A stretch of DNA of 64,000 nucleotides from a virus (Duplodnaviria > Caudoviricetes), in IMG/VR virus record IMGVR_UViG_3300021964_009400. One strand, given 5' to 3'. The translations under genes and the position numbers were made by a program. Positions 36,559 through 46,459 of the stretch are shown here, one piece after another (within the stretch, counting starts at the first letter, position 1; every line of letters begins with the position of its first letter). Under the pieces are notes generated by a model, which worked only from the letters and a program-made list of their open reading frames with translations, was not told where the DNA came from and did no database searches.

Positions 36559-38208
36559 ATGAAAAAGTATTTTTACGAAGTAAGTAAATTTTCCGAATAT
36601 AAATCCAATAAAACTTATCATCAGTTACTTCAAATGACTGATGATGAGTTTACTGATTGGGCAAAGTTGATTCGTAAAGATGTCATAGATGCTTGGGATA
36701 ATCATGGACAACCTCCTGTTAAAGGAAAAGATGAAAATCAGATTATTAATCACTTTGGTAAATTAAAAAATCATGATTGTGATTTTTTTACTAAAGATGA
36801 TAGTGATGATGAATCGTTGGGTATTCTTAAAAACTTTAATAAAAGTCAAAGTGTGGTAAATCAATTTTTCCCCACAATGTTAAAAACAAGAATATCAGAT
36901 GGTGCATCTGCAGAAGGTGGATTATCTATTTATGATTATTTTGCTGAAGATAGTTTAGCAGAAGCTTTTGTAAAGGTAATGAAAAGAGCCGTTAAGAGAG
37001 ATTCTATGTATGCTTGGTGTCGTTCATTAACAACTATTAAAGATGATAATCCTTTTTGGAATGGTCAAACACCATATAAGTTTATCAAAGATGTTCATGA
37101 TGGTAAAATATTTAAAGGAAAATGGGAAAAATATGATATTGTACTTTCAAAAACAACAGAACCTTCAATTAGAAAATATGGTCCTCTAAATGAAAATAAA
37201 CAAACATATGGAGTAATATTATTTTTACATGCTAAACAAGTAAAAAGATTAGTAAAAGAAGGATATTTAAATAAAGGTCATATTTCAAATCTTGGAGATA
37301 TTGAAGATTCAAGAACACAAAAAAATGGTAAAGTAGTAAAATACCTTTATAATATTAGATGGTACAATACAACTGAAGGTATTTTTCCTAAAATTCTGCA
37401 AGCTTTTAGATTAGGATTAGGACAACCAGCAGTAAACTTTCCTGCATTAACTGCTAAGTGGATTTACGAAAAATATACTGACCATATAGAAGAAGATGAA
37501 TCATTACACATTTATGATTCATCAGCAGGGTGGGGTGGTAGAATTATTGGTGCTATGAGTAGTAGAAAGAAAACTCATTATATTGGTACAGACCCTAATC
37601 CAGATAACTTTATTGATGATTTGGGTATTTCTAGATATGAATATATGGCAGATTATTATAATAAAAACTGTGTAGATACTCATTCAGATAAATTAACAAG
37701 TTTCTTTGAAGTAGAAAATCAAGGAAACACTTATGAATTGTTTCAAGATGGTTCAGAGCTAATTCACAAAAATCCAAACTTTCAAAAGTATAAAGGTAAA
37801 TTAGATTTATTCTTTACATCACCACCATACTTTAATAGAGAACAATATTCTCAAGATGAAAATCAATCGTTTAAAGCATATTCTCAATATGATGATTGGA
37901 GAGAAAACTTTTTAAAGCCTACTCTTACAACAATTTATGATTATATGAAAAGTGATAGATATATTCTTTGGAATATTGCATCAATTAAAATTAATAAGAA
38001 TACTTACTTTGATTTAGAAGGAGATTCTATTAAAATTCTAAAAGACCTTGGTGCAGAATATAAAGGTAAACTAAAAATGACAATGGCAGCTATGATTGGT
38101 GCTAATGTAAATAAAAGAGAATCAATTGAAAGTGGTATTAAAAACATGGTTCAAGTTGGAAGTACATGGTACAAATATGAACCTATATTCGTATTTTATA
38201 AAAAATAA
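36559..38208 (+). CDS. Large SPPY-type methyltransferase, paralogue 1
   Basis: AVNFPALTAKWIYE, IYDSSAGWGGR, FTSPPYFNREQY, YEPIFVF. Confidence 0.8.
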   Translation: MKKYFYEVSKFSEYKSNKTYHQLLQMTDDEFTDWAKLIRKDVIDAWDNHGQPPVKGKDENQIINHFGKLKNHDCDFFTKDDSDDESLGILKNFNKSQSVVNQFFPTMLKTRISDGASAEGGLSIYDYFAEDSLAEAFVKVMKRAVKRDSMYAWCRSLTTIKDDNPFWNGQTPYKFIKDVHDGKIFKGKWEKYDIVLSKTTEPSIRKYGPLNENKQTYGVILFLHAKQVKRLVKEGYLNKGHISNLGDIEDSRTQKNGKVVKYLYNIRWYNTTEGIFPKILQAFRLGLGQPAVNFPALTAKWIYEKYTDHIEEDESLHIYDSSAGWGGRIIGAMSSRKKTHYIGTDPNPDNFIDDLGISRYEYMADYYNKNCVDTHSDKLTSFFEVENQGNTYELFQDGSELIHKNPNFQKYKGKLDLFFTSPPYFNREQYSQDENQSFKAYSQYDDWRENFLKPTLTTIYDYMKSDRYILWNIASIKINKNTYFDLEGDSIKILKDLGAEYKGKLKMTMAAMIGANVNKRESIESGIKNMVQVGSTWYKYEPIFVFYKK

Positions 38209-39836
38209 TGAATTATTACTATCAAAGAAATAAGTTTATAAATTTTAAATCAAATATTCTTTTTCACGAATTACTTAATACTAATGATTTTGAATTTGAA
38301 GATTGGGCAAAAACTTTGCGTAAAGAAGTTACTGAACAATGGGATAGATTTGGAAATCCACCTGTTATAGGGAAAAATCATAGTGATATTATTTCATCAT
38401 TTAGTAAGTTAAAATCCAATGATTGTGATTTTCTTATTAAAGATAGTACAGATTCAGAATCTTTAGGTATTATCAAAAACTTCAATAAAGATGCAGCAGT
38501 TGTAAATCAGTTTTTTCCTACAATGTTAAAAACTAAAATATCAAGTGGTAAATCAGCTGAAGGAGGATTATCAATATATGATTATTTTGGTGACCCAACA
38601 ATGGAAGAACAATTTGTTAAGATTATGAAACGAGCAGTTAGACGAGATTCGATGTATGTTTGGTCTCGTTCACTTGTTAATAAGAAAACTGAAAATCCTT
38701 TTTGGAATGGACAGAGTGGATATGATTTTATCAAAGATGTTAAAGATGGAAAAGTATTTACAGGTAAATGGGAAAATTATGATATCTATTTAACTAAATC
38801 AAAGGATAGTACATTTGATAATTATGGAACATTCAATGATGATTATGTTGGATTTACAAACATATATCTTTCAGCAACTGAAGTAAATCAACTATTAGAT
38901 AAAGGTTACTTAAATTCAAGACAAGTTTCTAATATAGATAAAGTTGAAGATTCCTCAACTTCCAAAAGTGGTACCGTAACAAAGTATTCTTATATGGTTC
39001 GTTGGTATGATAAAACAGAAGGATTGTTTCCTAATATGTTGAGAGTAATACGATTGAGTTGTGGTCAAGCAGCAGTAAACTTCCCATCATTGACTGCAAA
39101 ATTTTTATATGAAAAATATACATCACATATTAAACAAGAAGAACCTTTGGTAGTTTATGATTCATCAGCAGGTTGGGGTGGTAGAATCATCGGAGCGATG
39201 AGTTCTCGTAAGAAAATTCATTATGTTGGTACAGACCCTAATCCTGATAACTATTTAAAAGAATTAAATAAATCTCGTTATGAATATGTAGCAGATTTTT
39301 ATAACAAAAATTGTATAGATAATCATTCAAATAAACTTACATCATTCTTTAATGTAGAAAAACAAGGTAATACTTATGAGTTATTCCAAGATGGTTCAGA
39401 GTTAATCTCAAATAATCCAAACTTTCAAAAGTATAAAGGTAAACTAGATATTGCATTTACTTCACCACCATACTTTAACAGAGAGCAATATTCACAAGAT
39501 GAGAAACAATCTTTTAAAGCTTATAGTGAGTATAAGGATTGGAGAGATAACTTCTTAAAACCTACTCTAACAACGATTTACGAGTATCTAAAGAATGATA
39601 GATATATCTTATGGAACATTGCCGATATAAAGATTGGAAAATCAATATATTATCCACTTGAACAAGATTCAATTGATATCTTAAATGGGTTAGGATGTGA
39701 ATACAAAGGTAAACTTAAAATGTTGATGACAAGGATGGTTGGGTTGGACCCATCTAAAAGTGGTATAAAGAACTCTGTCAAATATGGTGGGAAAGTATAT
39801 AAATTTGAACCAATATTTGTTTTTTATAAACCTTAA
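38208..39836 (+). CDS. Large SPPY-type methyltransferase, paralogue 2
   Basis: AVNFPSLTAKFLYE, VYDSSAGWGGR, FTSPPYFNREQY, FEPIFVF; colinear with paralogue 1. Confidence 0.8.
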   Translation: MNYYYQRNKFINFKSNILFHELLNTNDFEFEDWAKTLRKEVTEQWDRFGNPPVIGKNHSDIISSFSKLKSNDCDFLIKDSTDSESLGIIKNFNKDAAVVNQFFPTMLKTKISSGKSAEGGLSIYDYFGDPTMEEQFVKIMKRAVRRDSMYVWSRSLVNKKTENPFWNGQSGYDFIKDVKDGKVFTGKWENYDIYLTKSKDSTFDNYGTFNDDYVGFTNIYLSATEVNQLLDKGYLNSRQVSNIDKVEDSSTSKSGTVTKYSYMVRWYDKTEGLFPNMLRVIRLSCGQAAVNFPSLTAKFLYEKYTSHIKQEEPLVVYDSSAGWGGRIIGAMSSRKKIHYVGTDPNPDNYLKELNKSRYEYVADFYNKNCIDNHSNKLTSFFNVEKQGNTYELFQDGSELISNNPNFQKYKGKLDIAFTSPPYFNREQYSQDEKQSFKAYSEYKDWRDNFLKPTLTTIYEYLKNDRYILWNIADIKIGKSIYYPLEQDSIDILNGLGCEYKGKLKMLMTRMVGLDPSKSGIKNSVKYGGKVYKFEPIFVFYKP

Positions 39837-39845
39837 ATACTTATA
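39837..39845 (+). promoter_or_regulatory. Putative phage promoter motif heading the TBDT unit
   Basis: ATACTTATA. Confidence 0.45.
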
Positions 39846-39850
39846 CAAAG

Positions 39851-39973
39851 ATGAGTGAAACTTATTATATAAATTTTACCAGTTACTATCAAAGTTCGTA
39901 CTTTACTGAAACAACAGTTACCGCTGATAGTATAACTTTTTACTCCCAAGATTTTAATGAAATTACAATATAA
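39851..39973 (+). CDS. Putative 40-aa leader ORF (not in ORF track)
   Basis: MSETYYINFTSYYQSSYFTETTVTADSITFYSQDFNEITI; 8 Thr, 6 Tyr, 6 Ser, 4 Phe, no basic residues. Confidence 0.4.
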   Translation: MSETYYINFTSYYQSSYFTETTVTADSITFYSQDFNEITI

Positions 39974-39990
39974 AAAATATTCAAAAGAAT

Positions 39991-40042
39991 TGAGATATGA
40001 GAATATCTCATGTGTTACTATAATCAGTTATAGTATTTTTTT
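39991..40042 (+). promoter_or_regulatory. Tandem hairpins; the second is terminator/attenuator-like
   Basis: TGAGATAT-GAGA-ATATCTCA (39991-40010) and TACTATAA-TCAG-TTATAGTA (40016-40035) followed by T7. Confidence 0.5.
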
Positions 40043-40062
40043 AATTTAAATTAATATAATTT

Positions 40063-42771
40063 ATGAGAAATTTAATGTTAAGTCTGTTATTAGTTCTTGG
40101 AACAATGACAGCAACTTTTGCACAAATTAGTGGAAAAGTTTATGATGTAGAAACTAATGCTCCACTACCAGGTGCAACAATATTACATGAGGGAACATCT
40201 CATGGAACTGTGACTGGTTTTGATGGAACATTTATTTTCGATGTATCTCCAGGAACAACCCTTGTTGTTTCTTATTTAGGGTACGAAACTGCAGTAATTG
40301 AATCAAGTTCAGAAACAATCATTGGATTAGTTCCTGATTTAAATGTACTTGGTGAAGTTGTTGTAAGCTCTGGTGTAATTGATGTTGCAAAGGTGAGAGA
40401 AACACCAGTTGCAGTTTCAACTATTTCACCAGCAGAAATCGCACTCAAAGTAGGTAACCAAGAGTTTCCAGAGATTATGAATAGAACACCAGGTGTCTAT
40501 GCTACCAAACAAGGTGGTGGATATGGTGATTCGAGAATCTCTTTAAGAGGATTTGACCAAAGAAACACATCTTTCCTTATCAATGGGCAACCAGTTAACG
40601 ATATGGAAAATGGATGGGTTTATTGGTCTAACTGGCAAGGTTTAACAGATGTTGCAAGTGGTATCCAATTACAAAGAGGTTTAGGTGCTTCAAGATTAGC
40701 AGTACCATCAGTAGGTGGAACTGTATCAATCTTTACAAAAGCCGCTGAGGCAAGAGCTGGTAGTTCAGTTGCTCAATCATTTGGTAATGATGGGTATTTT
40801 AAAACTACTGTATCTCACTCAACTGGTTTAAATGATAATGGATGGGCTTCATCTTTCTTACTTTCAAGATGGGAAGGTGATGGATATATCTATAATACAA
40901 GTGGTGAGGGTTACACTTACTTCTTTGCATTAGGATATGCACCTGAAGATTCAGACCACTCAGTTAACTTTTCTTTCTTAGGTGCTGGTCAATGGCACCA
41001 CCAAAGAGATGTTTGGGTTTCTATTAGAGATTACCAAAACTTTGGTACTGAAGGAATTGATAGAAGATGGAACACTAATGGTGGTGTTTACCAAGGAGAA
41101 GAATATTCTTTAAGAAGAAACTTCTACAATAAACCATTAGCAACTCTTAACTGGGATTGGGATATTTCTGATAACCTTAAACTTGCAACATCATTATATG
41201 GTTCAGCAGGTAGAGGTGGAGGAACAGGTCCAAGAGGTAGAAACTACTACAACTCGGAAACTGATATCTTACCTTTCAGAAAAGACCTTACAGAACACTA
41301 CCTAGAAAATGGTAGAGGTTCAAGAACACCAGACGGATTTATTGATTTTGATGCAATTGTTGCTTATAACCAAGCTAGTACAGATGGTTATAGTGGTGAT
41401 TTACCATTCGGAGGTCAGTTAATTGCATCTAATGGATTTAAAAACGATGGTGTAAATAGAGCTGGTCTTATTAGAAGAGCATCTATGAACTCTCATGACT
41501 GGGTTGGAGCAATCTCTAATTTAGAATATGAAAGTGGAAATTGGAAAACTTCAATTGGTATCGATTTAAGAAATTATAAAGGATATCATTATAGAGTATT
41601 AAATGATTTATTAGGATTTGATGGTTATTACTCAACTGGTAATAAGAACTCAGCTGGACAAATCATCAATACTTTAGTTGAAGCATCTCCATTCAAAGAT
41701 ACAGGAATTAAAGGACCAAAAATCGATTACTATAATATTGGTAAAGTAGGTTGGCAAGGTGTAAATGGTTTAGTTGAATATAACAACTCCACTATTTCTG
41801 CAGTATTACAAGCAGGTTTATCTAATAAATCATTCCAGAGAATCGATTACTTCGACCAACCAGGTAACCCTGAATCAGATACAGAAAATGTAGGTGGTGG
41901 ATATGTAAAAGGTGGTGCAAACTATAATATTGATGATAGACAAAATGTATTCTTCAATGCTGGTTTCATCTCAAGACAACCAAACTTTGATGCAGTATTC
42001 CCTAACTATGCAAACAATGTTAATCCTGATTTACAAAATGAAGAAATTAAATCAATTGAAATCGGATATGGATTCATTGGTAATAACTTCAAAGCAAATG
42101 TAAACGCATACTCAACAGTATGGGGTAATAGATTTGTTTCAAGAAGTTTATCTAACCAACAAGGTGTAGATGGGTTTGCACAATTTAAAGATATCGATGT
42201 TGTACACAATGGTATCGAAGTTGAAGCAACTTATGACCCAACTTCTAACTTAAGATTAAAAGGTATGTTATCAATCGGTGATTGGAGATATACTAAAGAT
42301 TTTGATGCAGAGTTATTTGATGATAACCAACAATCAATCGGTACAGGTACACTTTACCTTAAAGATGCAAAAGTTGGTGATGCAGCTCAATTCGTTTCTT
42401 ACTTAGAAGCTGATTATAAATTAGGTAGTAAGTTAAATGTAGATTTAGGATATAGATTTGTAGATAATCTTTTCGCAGATTACTCAATTACTGATTCAGA
42501 ATTTACAAAACCTAATAATGCAGGTGCATTGAAGTTACCATCTTATGGATTAGTTGATTTAGGTTCAACACTTAGATTTAACTTATTCGGAAATGATACT
42601 TCATTCAGAGTAAATATCAATAACTTATTTGATACTTACTACATTGCTGAATCTAATTCTAACATCCATGCTTCTGCAGGTTCAGAAACTTGGAATGGAA
42701 TTGATACGAGAAACTCAGTATGGTTCGGATTCGGACGTACATTTAATGCTTCTCTTAAATACAGATTCTAA
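40063..42771 (+). CDS. Full-length TonB-dependent outer-membrane transporter (Bacteroidota type)
   Basis: Sec signal peptide; CarboxypepD_reg-like domain (LPGATI..GT..GTVTGFDG..SYLGY); TonB box LGEVVVS; plug (RETPVAVSTI, SLRGF, GASRL); beta-barrel ending SLKYRF. Confidence 0.92.
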   Translation: MRNLMLSLLLVLGTMTATFAQISGKVYDVETNAPLPGATILHEGTSHGTVTGFDGTFIFDVSPGTTLVVSYLGYETAVIESSSETIIGLVPDLNVLGEVVVSSGVIDVAKVRETPVAVSTISPAEIALKVGNQEFPEIMNRTPGVYATKQGGGYGDSRISLRGFDQRNTSFLINGQPVNDMENGWVYWSNWQGLTDVASGIQLQRGLGASRLAVPSVGGTVSIFTKAAEARAGSSVAQSFGNDGYFKTTVSHSTGLNDNGWASSFLLSRWEGDGYIYNTSGEGYTYFFALGYAPEDSDHSVNFSFLGAGQWHHQRDVWVSIRDYQNFGTEGIDRRWNTNGGVYQGEEYSLRRNFYNKPLATLNWDWDISDNLKLATSLYGSAGRGGGTGPRGRNYYNSETDILPFRKDLTEHYLENGRGSRTPDGFIDFDAIVAYNQASTDGYSGDLPFGGQLIASNGFKNDGVNRAGLIRRASMNSHDWVGAISNLEYESGNWKTSIGIDLRNYKGYHYRVLNDLLGFDGYYSTGNKNSAGQIINTLVEASPFKDTGIKGPKIDYYNIGKVGWQGVNGLVEYNNSTISAVLQAGLSNKSFQRIDYFDQPGNPESDTENVGGGYVKGGANYNIDDRQNVFFNAGFISRQPNFDAVFPNYANNVNPDLQNEEIKSIEIGYGFIGNNFKANVNAYSTVWGNRFVSRSLSNQQGVDGFAQFKDIDVVHNGIEVEATYDPTSNLRLKGMLSIGDWRYTKDFDAELFDDNQQSIGTGTLYLKDAKVGDAAQFVSYLEADYKLGSKLNVDLGYRFVDNLFADYSITDSEFTKPNNAGALKLPSYGLVDLGSTLRFNLFGNDTSFRVNINNLFDTYYIAESNSNIHASAGSETWNGIDTRNSVWFGFGRTFNASLKYRF

Positions 42772-42789
42772 AATAAACTAAAGAAATAA

Positions 42790-42820
42790 TGGGGGAGGAA
42801 ACTCCCCCACTATTCTTTTT
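42790..42820 (+). terminator. Intrinsic terminator after the TBDT
   Basis: TGGGGGAG-GAAA-CTCCCCCA followed by CTATTCTTTTT. Confidence 0.85.
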
Positions 42821-42823
42821 CAT

Positions 42824-43555
42824 ATGAAAAATATAAATGGTTTAATAACAATAGTGATTCCTTGTTATAACGAGGAAAGATACATTTATAATACTCTATG
42901 GAAAATTTCAAGACAAAAATTTGAAGGTATTATACGAGTTATAATAGCCGATGCTAATTCAACTGATAATACCATTCAACACATTTCAAAGGCATCTCAA
43001 GATTTCAAAAACTTAAAAATTGAAATTATTGAAGGTGGAAAAGTAGGATATGCAAGAAATAATGGAGCATCTCATGTAACAACATCCCATATTCTTTTTA
43101 TGGATGCAGATTCAACACTACATGGAGAAAATATTTTTATAGAGACTCAAAAATATCTAAATGATTATGATATTATATCAGCAAAACAAAAATCAGTTGC
43201 TATAAATGATTTCAAATCAGTTTGGACTTATAAAATATTAGATTGGATTAGAAAAATAATGCCAATCACCTTTTGTACAGGTTGTTTCTTTTTAATATCA
43301 AAAAAGAAATTTAATGAACTTGGTGGATTTGATGAAACCTTACAAAACTCAGAAGATTTTTGGTTATCAAAACAGATACCAAAAAGAAAATTTAAAATAC
43401 TCGATGAGTACATAGGACAAGATAATAGAAGATTTAAAAAGTTTGGTTATTGGAATTTTATAAAAATAAACTTACTAAATTATTTAAATTTTTGGAATAT
43501 AAAATGGTTTAAAAAAGATATAGGATATTGGAAAGAGTATGAGCAAGTTAATTAA
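42824..43555 (+). CDS. Glycosyltransferase family 2
   Basis: IVIPCYNEE, ADANSTD, ILFMDAD, LGGFDE..SED. Confidence 0.88.
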   Translation: MKNINGLITIVIPCYNEERYIYNTLWKISRQKFEGIIRVIIADANSTDNTIQHISKASQDFKNLKIEIIEGGKVGYARNNGASHVTTSHILFMDADSTLHGENIFIETQKYLNDYDIISAKQKSVAINDFKSVWTYKILDWIRKIMPITFCTGCFFLISKKKFNELGGFDETLQNSEDFWLSKQIPKRKFKILDEYIGQDNRRFKKFGYWNFIKINLLNYLNFWNIKWFKKDIGYWKEYEQVN

Positions 43556-44084
43556 TTTATTCGGTGGAGCAGGTATAGGTAAATCTTCAATAGCAAATGG
43601 GATTACTTATAAACTAAAAAAGAAACACATTAGTTGTAACAATCCATACGAATTTCCTAAAAGATTAGCTTGGGATAATAACATACCAGCAATATCAGAC
43701 CAACTTTATGTATTTGCAAACCAACATAGAGGAATAGCAGAATGTTATGGTAAAGTAGATTATATAGTAATTGATTCACCAATTTTATTTTCTACCATAT
43801 ATCACAGATATTATACACAAGGTTATCCTGCAAACTTTTACAGAGAATCTTTTCACAATTTAGTGATAGATTTACATAATCAATATGATAGTATTAACAT
43901 ACTTTTAGAACGAGGAGAAACAGTACATAATGATAAAGAAAGATTTCAAAACTATGAAGAAGCAGTTGCAATCGATTCATTGTGTAAACAAGTACTAGAA
44001 GAAAATAATGTTCCCTACCATACAATAAAGGTAGGTCCAAAATCAGTAAAAAAAATTATTAAATTATTAGGAAAATCCAAATAA
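43539..44084 (+). CDS. P-loop ATPase/kinase (AAA_28/NadR-like)
   Basis: INLFGGAGIGKS, YEFPK, IVIDSP. Confidence 0.7.
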   Translation: MSKLINLFGGAGIGKSSIANGITYKLKKKHISCNNPYEFPKRLAWDNNIPAISDQLYVFANQHRGIAECYGKVDYIVIDSPILFSTIYHRYYTQGYPANFYRESFHNLVIDLHNQYDSINILLERGETVHNDKERFQNYEEAVAIDSLCKQVLEENNVPYHTIKVGPKSVKKIIKLLGKSK

Positions 44085-44098
44085 TTTTCGTATATTTA
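44067..44098 (+). promoter_or_regulatory. Bacteroidota-type promoter
   Basis: TTAG-N20-TATATTTA. Confidence 0.6.
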
Positions 44099-44121
44099 CA
44101 TAACAATAAAAAAATTAAATT

Positions 44122-44343
44122 ATGAACTTAACACAAATTGCACAAAAGTTTAGAGTATCTGAAAATTTTCTAAACTCAAAAGAAGATGGATTGTTAATTG
44201 TACAATCATCATTAGAAGATATCATCGTTGAATTAAACCAAAATGAAAAACGAGGTATCGATGAAAATAAAAAACAAAGTATTATTACTAAATTAGAGAA
44301 ATTATCAGATTTCTGTAAAGAAGTAAAAAACTCATCGTTCTAA
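44122..44343 (+). CDS. Hypothetical protein
   Basis: 73 aa ORF behind promoter. Confidence 0.65.
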   Translation: MNLTQIAQKFRVSENFLNSKEDGLLIVQSSLEDIIVELNQNEKRGIDENKKQSIITKLEKLSDFCKEVKNSSF

Positions 44344-44344
44344 T

Positions 44345-45289
44345 ATGGCATTTTTTGAAGATACAACAAATGAAGAGGTAAACAACTCTCTATGGGTAGA
44401 GAAATATAGACCTCGTAAATTAACAGAATATGTAGGTAATGAACACCTTAAACAAAAGGTTGCAGATTATCTTCAGAGTGGTGATGTCCCTCACCTTTTA
44501 TTTTTTGGTAAAGCTGGAACAGGTAAAACAACTTTAGCAAAGTTAATTGTTAATTCAATTAATTGTGACCATATTATAATAAACGCATCTGATGAAAACA
44601 ATGTAGATACAGTTAGAAACAAAGTAAAAGGTTTTGCATCAACTGTTGGTTTTAAAGATATGAAAGTAGTAATACTTGATGAGTTTGATTATATGACTCC
44701 AAATGCACAAGCAATTCTTAGAAATCTAATGGAAACTTTCTCAAAACATTGTAGGTTCATTCTAACTTGTAATTATGTTGAAAAAGTTATTTCACCTATT
44801 AGAAGTAGAACACAAGAGTTTCAGATTGTACCACCATCTAAAAAAGAAGTTGCGGTACAAATATCACAAATCTTAGGTAAAGAAGGTGTAAGTTTTCAAC
44901 CAACAGACCTTGTACCTATCATTGATAGTTCATATCCTGATATTAGAAAGATTATTAACACTTGTCAACTAAATTCTACCAAAGGACAATTAAAACTCGA
45001 TACAACCTCTGTAATCGATTCAGATATTAAATCAAAGGTGGTTGAGATTTTAAAATCAAATGATGATAAGAAAAATAAATGGAAGAATATTAGACAAGCA
45101 GTTGCAGATGCAAAAATACAAGATTTTACTGAATTGTATTCTTTTCTTTATGAAAAGGTAGATGAGTATGGAAGTGGGAATACATCTAATATTATTCTTA
45201 TAATTTCAGAATCACAACATAAGGATGCATTGGTAGTGGATAAAGAAATAACATTTATGAGTTGTATAATACAAATAGTTGCACTATGA
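44345..45289 (+). CDS. Clamp loader large subunit (T4 gp44/RFC-like)
   Basis: LWVEKYRP, GKAGTGKTT, INASD, ILDEFD, PIRSR, PDIRK. Confidence 0.95.
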   Translation: MAFFEDTTNEEVNNSLWVEKYRPRKLTEYVGNEHLKQKVADYLQSGDVPHLLFFGKAGTGKTTLAKLIVNSINCDHIIINASDENNVDTVRNKVKGFASTVGFKDMKVVILDEFDYMTPNAQAILRNLMETFSKHCRFILTCNYVEKVISPIRSRTQEFQIVPPSKKEVAVQISQILGKEGVSFQPTDLVPIIDSSYPDIRKIINTCQLNSTKGQLKLDTTSVIDSDIKSKVVEILKSNDDKKNKWKNIRQAVADAKIQDFTELYSFLYEKVDEYGSGNTSNIILIISESQHKDALVVDKEITFMSCIIQIVAL

Positions 45290-45606
45290 CAAATAAAGAA
45301 ATAAACAAATTAATGGAGATTCAATATCTCAAAGGTAGATTAGATGAATTATATAAAGGATTTGTTCCTCACATTTCAACTACAAATAATAGAATAGTAG
45401 ATTATCGTATATCAAAATATGAAAATAAACTTAAAAATATAGATGAAACTGCATTTTATCTTTATCAAGTTGAAAGAGAAAATATTAGAGTTTCAAAGAA
45501 AAAATCAAAAGAAAAAATTAAAGATTTACTAACAGAGATTTTGCCATCAATCTATGATAATAAACTCAAAGAAAAGGTTGAGAAACAACTAAACACTTAT
45601 ACATAA
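45286..45606 (+). CDS. Hypothetical protein
   Basis: Start 45286 (ATGA overlap) preferred over 45262. Confidence 0.6.
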   Translation: MTNKEINKLMEIQYLKGRLDELYKGFVPHISTTNNRIVDYRISKYENKLKNIDETAFYLYQVERENIRVSKKKSKEKIKDLLTEILPSIYDNKLKEKVEKQLNTYT

Positions 45607-45607
45607 A

Positions 45608-45916
45608 ATGATAAAATTAGAAACAGATTCACTTGATGTATTATTAAAAACACAACCTAAACTAATGGTAATGTTTGGTACTGATTGGTGTGGGAATTGT
45701 GATATTCTTAAACCAGAGTTTGAAAGAGTTTCAAAAGAACATAAAAATATTCCTTTTATACTTATAAATCCAGATTCATCACCTAAAAGTAGAAGTTTAA
45801 TTGATTTAACTAATATACCAATGGTGGTTGCATTTAAGAGTGGAAAAGAAGTTCATAAAGAATTTGGAAACGAAAAAGAAATAGTAACAAAAGTTTTTGA
45901 TAGATTATTAGGATAA
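45608..45916 (+). CDS. Second thioredoxin-fold protein
   Basis: FGTDWCGNC, IPMV. Confidence 0.8.
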   Translation: MIKLETDSLDVLLKTQPKLMVMFGTDWCGNCDILKPEFERVSKEHKNIPFILINPDSSPKSRSLIDLTNIPMVVAFKSGKEVHKEFGNEKEIVTKVFDRLLG

Positions 45917-45939
45917 TTCAAATATTTTTCGTATATTTG
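45908..45939 (+). promoter_or_regulatory. Bacteroidota-type promoter
   Basis: TTAG-N20-TATATTTG. Confidence 0.7.
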
Positions 45940-45959
45940 TAAAATAAAACTTAAAAGAT

Positions 45960-46178
45960 ATGAAATACGACCCTAAAAACCCACTTTCTGATAAAGAGCT
46001 CGATAAACTAGGTAAAGAAGATTTTGATGGATTTCTTGAATATCTAGATGGTATGAATGAACACAAGAAAAGAAAAGGAAATAAAAGAGTAAAAGAATTT
46101 AAAGAAAAGAAACGAGAAGTACTCAGAAAGACTGGTATTACAAAAATAAAAACGAATCGTGACCAATGGTTCGATTAA
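45960..46178 (+). CDS. Hypothetical protein
   Basis: 72 aa ORF behind promoter. Confidence 0.65.
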   Translation: MKYDPKNPLSDKELDKLGKEDFDGFLEYLDGMNEHKKRKGNKRVKEFKEKKREVLRKTGITKIKTNRDQWFD

Positions 46179-46189
46179 ACAAATAAATT

Positions 46190-46459
46190 ATGGCACAAAT
46201 AATAGGAGGTGGACAACAACCTCAACAACCAAAATTAGATTTAAAACAAGCCAAAGAAATGGTTTGCACAAGTAACGAATGTGATGGTACTGTATTTATA
46301 CAAGGTACAAAATTCTTAAAGGTATCTAGATTAGCAACAGGTAACTCTAAAGACGCAATTATACCAGTAGAATTATATCTATGTGGAGATTGTGGTGAAA
46401 TTAATGCAGATTTATTACCAGATGAACTAAAACCAATTATAACAAATTTGGATGGCTAA
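46190..46459 (+). CDS. Zn-ribbon hypothetical protein
   Basis: C..(SNE)C and CGDC pairs. Confidence 0.65.
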   Translation: MAQIIGGGQQPQQPKLDLKQAKEMVCTSNECDGTVFIQGTKFLKVSRLATGNSKDAIIPVELYLCGDCGEINADLLPDELKPIITNLDG

